From positions 186,001 through 223,622 of the forward strand of contig JADIIX010000018.1 of the NCBI GenBank assembly GCA_027604505.1: DNA of 37,622 nt, read 5' to 3'. The notes beneath the pieces were generated by a model that was given only the letters and a program-made list of their open reading frames with translations, did not search any database and had not been told where the DNA came from. How positions within the stretch are numbered: the stretch's first letter is position 1; each line of letters starts with the position of its first letter. Shown piece by piece: positions 1 through 9,916 of the stretch. Both the position numbers and the translations under genes were made by a program. The DNA comes from Gonapodya sp. JEL0774. Taxonomy: Eukaryota.

Positions 1-209
1 TCACCTCCTTCACCAAACTGTGCACCAAAAGGCGCTCCACCATCTCCTGGAGGGCCTTTGTAGCTCGTTCCCTGAGGTCCTTGTTGGTATTGACCGGCTT
101 GAGGTGCGTACCCGCCTGAAAAAATCAGGCTCAGTAAAGTGAGAAGACAATAGCGGCAACACGTAAAAGAGGTCTCAGAACCTTGCTGAAAATCGTCGTA
201 GTTGGACAT
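1..209 (-). CDS. 5' part of a gene running off the left edge; Gly/Gln/Tyr-rich N-terminus, function unknown
   Basis: ATG at 209-207, exon 209-182, GT-AG intron 181-116, exon 115-1. Spliced translation is MSNYDDFQQGGYAPQAGQYQQGPQGTSYKGPPGDGGAPFGAQFGEGG..., open to the window edge. Confidence 0.65.
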   Translation of the reverse strand, partial: MSNYDDFQQGSETSFTCCRYCLLTLLSLIFSGGYAPQAGQYQQGPQGTSYKGPPGDGGAPFGAQFGEGG

Positions 210-726
210 TTTAAGATCGAGGCTTTTGTTGGTGACTCTGGGACCAGTATTATACAACGATCGAACGGCCAACACAAAACTGAATTCTGTTTCACTTATT
301 TATTTTCAATACCCCATGCTTTTCCCACAAAGGAGTAAATAGTGCAAAAGAACATGTCGATATTCTAAAATATTTCGTTTTCGATGTTGAGGATGGCTCG
401 GCTTCAGTCAGAATAGAGTACAATTTAAAGTATACACAAGTCAGATAAAAGTACCGATGTGGGTCAGATAAAAGATTTAAGGGGGTCAGGAAAAAGCGTC
501 ACACTGTTCGAAATAAAAACAATGTGACTTATTCACAAGTTAAAACTATGGGTCTTGATTTGCCCGCATATTATATTCATTGAACATGATACGTTTCTCA
601 TTGTTACACTCGGTTGTGAACGTGAGACGGTAGAAGTCCAACAAGTTCGGCCTTTGAAATTCTTCTCCTTCTTCTATTTTCTCTCCCATGATTTTTATAT
701 CACATAACCCAAGGTTCCCTGTCTGA

Positions 727-3467
727 TTATAACTTGAACTTTTTAGGTAGCACTCCCAGGTACTCTTTGGACCCCTTTCCCCAATACGCATCCTATCACA
801 ACAGCACCAAGTAGAATGTGAGGAATTGGAAAGCTCAAGCGTTCCTTGTAGGAAAGGATGCCATGCTACTGGAACACCAAAACGCACCCGTATGAGACGC
901 TTGTACAGCTTACCCGTGTCGTGACGGGGCAAATCCCGCATGAACTCTATCTTCTTTGGGATTTTGACGTGGCTGATGGGCAGAGTGGAGGGTTGTACAA
1001 ATGAGAGTACTGATGGCAGAGCTCAACCAAGCCATGGTAGGCCCAGCCTCATAGTTGACACTTGCCTCAACCTCTGTCGCAAATACGCTATGAGTTCGTC
1101 AGCGAGATCCTGTGAAGCAGTTGACCAGTCCACCGGCTGCACGACAGCTATAACCTTTTCACCCAGTATCTCTGGGAGGTGAAGATACACAAGTTCGTCC
1201 GTAAGAAGCTTGTTCGCGCGCTCGAGGAGCATGGGATACGTACCATCTGGCGCTCCAATGACAGCGGAATCTTGGATTTTGGGATGCATAACAAGCTATT
1301 CACGCAAACAAGTGTCCGTCTAGATGTGTTGCGATTAGAAGAGAACTACCTGAAGGCGATGATCTCACAAGATTCTCGATCTCCTATGTTTTGATGAGCA
1401 TGTGAGGGACCATGAGAATTTCATTTCATCCCCACGATGCCCGAAAACACACCTGAGGATAAATATTGACTCCACCAGAAATGATCATGAAACTCTTCCG
1501 GTCCGTCAGGAAAAGGTATCTGTAAGAGTCATCGTAGTTCTCAAATGATTTTCGTTTCACTAAGCAGCACCACCGACCCGTCCTCATCGATCCATCCTAC
1601 GTCCCCGAGCGTACTCCATCCAGGGTTTTGGGGGTGCCGGGTCTCTGCCGTTTTCTCCTTGTCGCCGTGATACTGGTTGATTCCGAACCGCTGTCAGAAC
1701 TTGAGACTAACGGAGCGTATCAACACCGATAACCGACCTCAAATTCTCCTCCGCCGGCAAAGTACACCAGCCCTTCTTGCTTTGGTGGAAGCACCTTGTG
1801 TTGTTCGTCACAAATCTTGATCTCCACTCCTGGTGTCCGGACTCTTCCGACGGAACCTTTTTTGCGACACCATTCTTCGGATGTGATGATGGTGGCTGAA
1901 TAACGGTCAAAGGGCTCGCTTGAAATTGTTATGATAAGGCACCCTGGATATGTGCTCACCGCCGTTGCCTTCTGTTCCGGCATAGCTGTCGAGTAATTGA
2001 GTTCAGGCAGATACATTCACCAAGAAACAGAGAACTTACAATTCAACAAGCTTTGGGCCGAGCCATTCGATCATGGCTTGCTTTACTGGAATTCTATCTC
2101 AGAGAAGCGGGAGATCAGAGGGAGCAAGTGATGTCGCTGAAAATGGGTGTTTTTTTACTCACGGACACGGAGCCGCGGCATGAATGATCAATTCGAGTGA
2201 TGATAGGTCGTATCGCATCCTCACTTCTGAGGGAAGCTTTAGCCACTTAACGAAATGTGTTGGGACAAATTGTCCTGTCGTACACCTGTACTTCTGGATA
2301 CACTGCAACGCAAACTCAGGATTGAAGTTGTCCATGATGATTGACGTAGCGCCCAATGACGCAACTGAAAGTGCGGGTGTGTATATGAGTTAGACACGGG
2401 GAAAAGAAATCGAGTCGCACTTACTGGCCATATTGTAGTTGAGAGGAGCAGCATGATCTGGCAAATCAATAACCCTAAGGTAAGACAGATTCATTAATCA
2501 GCCTTGCAAAATACGTAACTCACACAGAGGCGCAGGACTTAGGTACACACTGTCTTCATTCCACCCAAAGAACTCCTTACCCAGTGCTACCACGGGGTGC
2601 TCGTTGTCAAACTTCATGAGTTCGGCTAGTGTCGCGGGGCTGACTTTGGGGGTCACACGGTGTACTCCCTTGGGCCGGCCAGTGCTACCACTCGTGTAGA
2701 GCACTAAATGGTGAGTGTTGGCACGGGCTAGGGTCAGGATATGCATAGTGGGAGGTTTGTGAACTCTCATCTAACTCACTCGTTCCTCCGCCAATTTGGT
2801 CTTTAATACTCTCCGCGGGGAATTTGGCTCTTTCGTCAAGATAACTCTTAAACGCGCCTTCCTGGCCGTCGACTAAGAACCATTTGATCCTTTTTCCAAC
2901 ATGGAGTTTGGCCACCTCCCTCGCAACAGGAAGAAGCGTCTTGGAAGTGAAGAACATTTTGCACCCAGAATCGACAACCATATCTGATTCGTAGTCAAGT
3001 GTGGTAACTTGTTTAAAAAGGATAACTGTCGCTGCTCTCCATGGTGGTAGCTCACATTGCACTTCATCGACCAGTAGCTTGGAAGATATGCAGGAAACTA
3101 GAAGCCCAGATCGCTGCGCACCCCACATAATCTCGAAGTAGCGCGGATGGTTCTCCATAAAAACAATTATTCCATCCCCCGCCTTTCGAATCTACTTTTA
3201 GTGCTATTCTAGGACGCACAGGGTGACGAACGAACAGACAACTCACTTGAAGACCGTGGTGACGGAACAGTTGAGCTGTTTGATTGCTGTGTTCTTCCAG
3301 CATGCCGTACTTCAAATGACAGGCTAGAGAGATGAGAGGGGCTTGCGGGGGTTGAAAGCTGTTTGATGCATAGTTACCGTGATGACCTCATCTGTGCTGG
3401 CCATAATATATGCAGCCTTGTTTGGGTTCTTCTTTGCGTGAAGATGAGGGTGATTCGGTGGAGGCAT
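727..3467 (-). CDS. Acyl-CoA synthetase / AMP-binding ligase, bacterial-like, more than 10 introns
   Basis: Spliced exons give MPPPNHPHLHAKKNPNKAAYIMAST, MENHPRYFEIMWGAQRSGL, the P-loop MLYTSGSTGRPKGV, YLSPAPLYHAAP, IIHAAAPCP, YAGTEGNG, LPRHDTGKLYKRLIR and a last exon DAYWGKGSKEYLGVLPKKFKL* (stop 729-727). An alternative in-frame ATG lies at 3479. Confidence 0.92.
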
Positions 3468-3910
3468 AGAGAACTGCATTGCGAATGGTTCTCAAAAGAA
3501 TCGGTACTCATCTTGTAATTTGCTGTTCAAATGCTTCCTGTTCTGGGTTCCGAAGCCACAGGTGCGCAACAAATACCGCGGCAGGAGTGCGGAAGAGAGG
3601 GTTTGCCCGCAGACCCTTGGTGCTGTGCGGTCAGGGTCTGTTTTAGGGTTATCCAATGCAGCGGGAGACACCATCCCCATTCCGGAGTCCGGAGAAGACG
3701 ACGCTGAGCTCAGGCGCCCCCAACACGATGAAATCAATTTCCAAGCCACGACCCAACTCTTAAGGCTCTCGACTGCTCGGAAATCACCACAGTTGTCCTC
3801 AAACTCCACATCGCTCGTAGTGCAACTAGAGGTGGGTAGTGCAAGCTCCCGAGAGCCTTTGGCCGCCTCGTACCAATCCTGATCATTCTCGCTCTTTGTC
3901 AGCCTCCATC

Positions 3911-5833
3911 ATGCCCACTGAAAACAACAAGAAGCGCCGCCCAATCCGTGTCGCCGCCTTCTCTGGATGTCTTGGTGATCGCTTCACTGGTCTGGAAGAG
4001 GCAGTACGCGGCGAACCGGTGGACGTTCTTATGGGGGACTACCTCGCAGAGCTCACTTTCGCAATGCTCACCGCCAACTTCATTGACATGTTTGGGTCCA
4101 AAGCACAAGAAAGACTGGCAGCGTACTACTGTGATCCATTCGTCAAGCAGCTCGCTCCAGAGCTTGAGCTCATTTCCCAACGAGGAATCAAAGTCGTCAC
4201 CAACGCCGGAGCTTTCAACCCGCGCGGACTCGCACTTGCTGTACAAAAGGAGATTGATGCTCGCAACCTCCCACTCAAAGTGGGATACGTTGACGGTGAT
4301 AATGTCATGCCGATTCTAAGCGACCTCGCTCAGAAAGGCATTCCAAACATGGACAGTGGCGTAAACATGGATGACCAGACCGCCAAAGCTATCGTCACCG
4401 CGAACGCGTACCTCGGTGGCTGGGGTATCACAGAGGCTCTACGGAACGGAGCAGATATCGTCGTTGCGGGTCGAGTTGCGGACGCGTCTCTCGTCACTGG
4501 GCCAGCGGCCTGGTGGTTCGATTGGAAACCCAACGACTGGTCGAAACTCGCCGGCGCCTTTGCGGCCGGTCATGTCATTGAATGCGGACCGCAGTGCGTT
4601 GGGGGTAACTTTTGCGGCTTCGCCGCTGGCGGCAAGCGGGACCCCAGGCTTACGGTAAACTTGGGGTTTCCTATCGCTGAGATTGAGGAAGATGGTAGTA
4701 GTGTGATCACAAAGAGAGCCACTGATGGGGGTATGGTAACGGTTGATACAGTGACTGCCCAATTCATGTATGAGGTAAGTCGGCAGCCAAGTGTGATCAT
4801 GCGTCTGGGTGAGACTGAATCCAGTCCCCTAACACTTTACCAGACCCAAGGCCCGCTGTACTTGCACCCAGACGTTACCCTTCACGTTGATACGGTTGAA
4901 ATCAAACAGGAAGGACCAGACCGGGTTCGCGTCTTCGGCACTCAGGGCAGTCCACCTCCAGCCACCACCAAAGTAACGTCGTTCTATCCAACTGGGTACT
5001 TTGGCGTGACTTTCATGTATGTCGCGGGTCTGGATATCAACGAGAAAGTTCGCTGGCTGAAGGAGCAGCTTACCCTCCTTTGGAAGCAGTCCGGAGCAAC
5101 TGCTGACGACGAGCTCCTGATCACCCCACTTGGTATCGCGGCAGTGAATCCCAAATATCAAGCCGAGTGCACAGTCACCGTCAGGATTGCGGCGTCAGCT
5201 CGGTCCAAGGAGGTCCTAAAGTACTTTAACTCTCAATGGGGTGGTTACATACCCGGAGGCACCCCGGGCCTGCATGCAGAGTTCCTTGTGGACCGCATGC
5301 CAATGCAAACACACATGCAGATGTTTCCAGGTTTGATCCCACAGAGCACTCTCCGTCACCAGTACACGGTCTTGAATGCGAGTGGCGACATAACCGCGGC
5401 AGTGCCCCTACCCCCTGCGACTTTCACATTCGTATCGCAACCAAAATCGAATTTTGACATCAAGCCTCTGTCACACTGGGGCGAGACCACGAAAGCGGCG
5501 ATGGGCTTGGTGTCTTACTCTCGTGTCGGGGACAAGGGAGGAAATGCCAATCTTGGTGTTTGGGTCCCGAAGCCGGAAGCCTGGGACTGGCTTGTTTCAT
5601 TTCTAACAGAGGAGCGGCTTCGTGAACTTCTAGCCATTGAGGACCCGCAAATTGAGGTACACCGCTACCTCGTACCCAAAATTCGTGGCATCCAGTTCGT
5701 CCTCAAGGGATACTTTGGGATCAGTGGATCAGGAAATACGCGGTTGGATACAATTGGCAAATCAGTTGGGGAGTTTTTGAGGGCCAAAGTGGTTGATATC
5801 CCAAAGTCGATCCTAGCTCATTACTACATTTAG
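3911..5833 (+). CDS. AtuA / DUF1446 (acyclic terpene utilization family) protein, single intron
   Basis: Family motifs RVAAFSGCLGDR, GDYLAE, VVTNAG, ANAYLGGWGI, GRVADAS, GHVIECG, GFPIAEI, SRVGDKGGNANLGVW and RLDTIGKSVGEFLR. ATG at 3911. A stop-free 69-nt intron at 4775-4843 (GTAAGT...CTAAC...CAG) restores QFMYE-TQGPLYLHPDV when removed. Confidence 0.93.
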   Translation: MPTENNKKRRPIRVAAFSGCLGDRFTGLEEAVRGEPVDVLMGDYLAELTFAMLTANFIDMFGSKAQERLAAYYCDPFVKQLAPELELISQRGIKVVTNAGAFNPRGLALAVQKEIDARNLPLKVGYVDGDNVMPILSDLAQKGIPNMDSGVNMDDQTAKAIVTANAYLGGWGITEALRNGADIVVAGRVADASLVTGPAAWWFDWKPNDWSKLAGAFAAGHVIECGPQCVGGNFCGFAAGGKRDPRLTVNLGFPIAEIEEDGSSVITKRATDGGMVTVDTVTAQFMYEVSRQPSVIMRLGETESSPLTLYQTQGPLYLHPDVTLHVDTVEIKQEGPDRVRVFGTQGSPPPATTKVTSFYPTGYFGVTFMYVAGLDINEKVRWLKEQLTLLWKQSGATADDELLITPLGIAAVNPKYQAECTVTVRIAASARSKEVLKYFNSQWGGYIPGGTPGLHAEFLVDRMPMQTHMQMFPGLIPQSTLRHQYTVLNASGDITAAVPLPPATFTFVSQPKSNFDIKPLSHWGETTKAAMGLVSYSRVGDKGGNANLGVWVPKPEAWDWLVSFLTEERLRELLAIEDPQIEVHRYLVPKIRGIQFVLKGYFGISGSGNTRLDTIGKSVGEFLRAKVVDIPKSILAHYYI

Positions 5834-6294
5834 TCAGTCAAGTGGGGCAACACGGCTCTGCCGTTGTCATGCAAGATTGCTTTTACGTGATAGTCCATTT
5901 TCTTTGCAGCTCAGAGGGGCGTGCAGTTTCTTAGTGTGGGAGTATTTTAGCAAAAATACATTATTGTTTCGGGAGAGTTCGTTCAGTTCGCAATGTGTCA
6001 CCGACAGCACTTCCCTACAGAAATTCTCGCGTGATCAGACCAGATTGCGAGGCGAGGTTGTTAAGTACAAACTTTTTAAAATCAATGTCGGGCATCACTC
6101 GCCCCCACTATGGCGCCAGTTCTTCTGTTTGCTCCTGTGGATTCCTCAGAATGGTAACTACATTCCCACCAACAAGTCCTAATACGTCATCCATACAGTC
6201 GCGGAAAAAAGGAGTGCTTCAGTGAGGTGAACTGTAGAACACTAGTCCATGCAAAAATGGCTTTGCATCATGAAACAAACGTGTGTGTGCAGTA

Positions 6295-9200
6295 CTACGC
6301 AAGTGGCGATATTCCAAGCTTCCAGAGAGCTGTATTCCGAAGCAGCTTTAATTCTCGTAAGTAAGCTGGGACTCGGGTCCAATAGTCGGCATTGTACTCC
6401 AGGTGGTGAATGTGCGTGTTCAGGTCCCTCAAGGCACCTTCCGCACAAGACCCCATAAGCACCCTGGCAACATGGACGATTGCAGATACGTACACAGCTG
6501 TCATTTCGAGGCAGCCACAGTTGGTAATGATGGCGTCTGGAATCCTGAGAAGCTCCGCAATCTGCTTGGCGTTGTTCACAGCAGCAACAAACGCAGTGCT
6601 GGAGACCCACACGAGAGGCATGTCCTTGATTGTGGTTGGCGAGCTGACGATGAGAGCAATAAAGTGGAAGAGCAGCAAAGTCCGTCGATATATGGCATTC
6701 CTTAGGTTTGGCTCCACATCAGCAAGCATTTTGACATGCCAGGTGGTGAGAAGTTCTTGAAAAAACGAATACTTTGATAGAGCGGCGGGATCAGAAGGGT
6801 TCACTCCGCATTGAATCGATGCAGTACGGTGCTCGAAGAATTGTGAGACGATCTGTGCAACAATATGACGTCCATCAATATTCATAGCCGAAACAGAGTA
6901 CGGTAAGAAACACGCTTCGCTTCACTAACCTGGTACAACTGTATCGTGTCAACGTTGATTGTGAAGTATGTGTGTGGTGAAGTGCCTATATATCGTTCCC
7001 ATTCGGGCTGCCTATTTAAGGGTGGACTGTTCATTCATATTTCACGATGAAGAACATGAGAACTACTCACAGGGCTGGTATCTTCACAGACATTTCCGAC
7101 TCTTTCATTAAGGGCAATGTGTGGTTGATAAGAGCGCATTGCCGATCCGCCAGATACACTGCGAGATAAATGCGAATTCGCAATTGTGCAATTTCCACTC
7201 CGGTCTGACTAGAAACACACCGGACCAAGCGGTTCTCCTCCTCGCCTCTTCATACTCTAGAAAGTCCTGATCGTAGACTCCATCTCCTATTATCTGACTG
7301 CTGTCCTTGAAAAGCCCCAGTTCTCTGGCCATCGTAACTGCTACTGAAATAAGTGGTTGCACCGAGTCTGGAGCGGTGAGGTGGCCGTACCGGGCAAGGT
7401 ACAGCACACACTCAACCATGTCAAGCCGGCGAGCACCCGGAGAATCGAGGATACGGTGAAGCATGTTCAGGCACCGGTAGAAAAAAAAATCCCCGAATCG
7501 CTGACATTCAGCTTGTGAGATGACCGAAGCAGCGTTGGTTGTCCAGAGGAAGAGATGGCGGACGTCATGCGTTTTCCGAACCAGCTTTGTGAGGCTTCCG
7601 AAATCTACCTGTCCAGCGGCGTGAGACCTTAGAACCGTGATATTTGGGGGGAGAAAAGGCATGTGAGGGTAGAGGGAAACCATAGCTCCTAAGCACATCA
7701 GACCGTGCAAAAGGAAAGGGTTTGGCCGGGACAAGCAACTTGGCTGGAAGCTGAAAAGCAAGGGCGTGAGCTCCCAGAAATTCTATAGATAAAGATTACG
7801 TAAAACGAGCCTTGGCGAGGTGGGGTACAATGTTCTGTGTGTAAGAAGGTACGCGAATGACCGAACAACGAACAGATTGGCCACTTCAACGCTGGGCACT
7901 GCATTCGTGAAGAAAAAAGGTGTAGATTACGAGCGGTGAAGATAACTTTGCTTAGCATTGACGTACTGGGACCATTATCTGTTTGTTCATCAAGGTGCAT
8001 CGCAAACGGAGACACATTCATTTCCCACGCTCCGGCAAGCGCATCCACGATAGCAGTGCGTTCCTTTCCCATCAAGTAATATCCCGATGGATTGTGTAAA
8101 GACATGTCAGGGAAGATTCCAAACGAGCCCTCAACTTGTACATCATTTTGTTCGATTGATTGCGATGCGTGCTCGATGAGAGGTAACTCTCGAGGTGGGT
8201 TACTTAACACCCTGTTGTAAAGCTCAACATTGCTCTTGGTATCCGATACACAGGAAGTAAGGGACGGGGAGGGGGACCTCATCACGTCTAGAGAAAGGTC
8301 TTCATCATAACTCAGCACTTTTGAATGCCCTTCCTTTGGGGACAGAGCAGAGACGCTGTTCTTCAAGTGATCTATCTCAGATGCAGTAGTAGGTAACTCC
8401 TCGAAGTATGATTCTAGGCGCCTCAGAGCGGCCTCCACCAGCTCGTGTGTTGTCCTGTCCGATATGAATGACTTGGAGAAAGTCGACGTGCCTCGGTTTG
8501 CCCGTAGGTCATCGATCCGGAGAACTTTCGAGTACAGAGATTCAAGCCAGCCTTTGCGAGGGCCTGGTCGACTGACGGTGCGCTCTGCGTTCGCAACTGT
8601 GGATCAATGCGGGAGGTGACAGGTTTGCAACCTAGGGATCTGTACCTATAGCGCAAGAAATCCCCCTTTCGCTGCATCGCAGACAAGGCAACTTTCTGTC
8701 ACATCGTTCGCGTGCATATCTACAGGCATCGCATGGCTGAGCTCAGGGTGTGGGAGACAATCTTGGTTGAGTCCCGCAGTCTGCCGTCGCCCGTCACATC
8801 CACAACACTACAAACCAGTCCTTGCTTTTCTTTTGCCACAGGCAGAACCAAGCCAGCCTCGGATCTCGGGGGCGTCTTCTGCGGGGGCATCGCGAATAGA
8901 GTGCGCCGGGAGAATACCTGTGTGCGGCAAAACCTCAACTACGTTTGCTCCTATTGCACTCTTTCGTTGAAGGGAATACACGCGTGCTATCTTTTTTTGC
9001 AGAACCCATCTCCTGCTCTGCAGTGTTTCTTGAAGGCGGCCGCCCTGCTCCACATCTCGCTGCTCTCACCTTGGGGGTCCTTCTGCAGCGCTCGATGTGA
9101 CGATCGGACACGAACTACGATCAAAAAATGATACTACCACGCCAAATTTTGCCACTCTTGAGACCGGCAATGTCACAATGTCCGATTTGGCGAGCGAGGA

Positions 9201-9377
9201 GGGCTCAACTTCAGTGCTTTCCAATGATGGGAAATCCCTTATATCATCTCCCTTCGACCCTCCCGCTGTTCCCCGCGTCAGTTCGACTCCCAAATTGACT
9301 GTCGAGTCCGGGCTTGCTGTTGGCCTTGGTCTTCCCCGGCGCTCAAAGTGTGTGCCACGTGGGTGAGTTTGCATCAT
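6295..9377 (-). CDS. Zn(II)2Cys6 transcription factor with a fungal-specific TF (middle homology) domain; 5' end uncertain
   Basis: Zinc cluster CDACRYARERCDRKLPCLRCSERGISC at 8733-8653. Downstream exons carry NPFLLHGLMCLGA, AVTMARELGL and EEARRRTAWSGVF, typical of the Fungal_trans domain. The start is guessed from ORF 9377-9066. Confidence 0.85.
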
Positions 9378-9916
9378 TGGACTCGCGAGTTGCCTCGGCC
9401 AACTCGCTCACCCCTGTTTGCGTAACTTCCCCTATGACTGATCCAGCCACCACACCTGGCAACGTGCCTCCTGCCGAAAGTTGGATGCCTGCGCGGCGCT
9501 CAGTTACTTCTAAGAGGGTGGAATGGTTGCAGTGACAAGAGTTCCAAGTTTACACGATAAATAAATGAAATGGAATGCGCAATAATGTTGAAAAGCTGTT
9601 GGCCGTTTGACCATGGGTTAGACCAGGCGCCCACCCACCCAATATGTATTCGGAACGCCCTAAAAATGTTTATTGTTCAATCTCATACTAAGATCTCTGA
9701 CCGAACTTCTCATTATTTTCCTTCCGTCCCTTTCATTCGCATTTCGCGCGCTGCTCTGGACTCTCCGTCACACAGTCAACACCCCCCAAACACAATAAAC
9801 TTTGAGCCAGTTTGAGTGAGTAGTTGGTTTCATCTGCATCTTGCGCACCACTCGCTGTGGTCACTTCGGAGCTGACCTGAAAAGAGAAAGTCTTCCCAGT
9901 AAGGATAACATTTGAA

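Noticed and set aside
407..496. Repeat-spacer pattern resembling a mini-CRISPR
   Set aside because: Repeats are 12 bp with spacers of about 10 bp, the context is eukaryotic, and there are no cas genes.
4775..4843. Apparent 23-aa insertion in AtuA (VSRQPSVIMRLGETESSPLTLYQ)
   Set aside because: It is a stop-free 3n intron with a canonical donor, branch point and acceptor. The same applies to SCLY 29083-29154 and similar read-through introns in the ligase and ceramidase.
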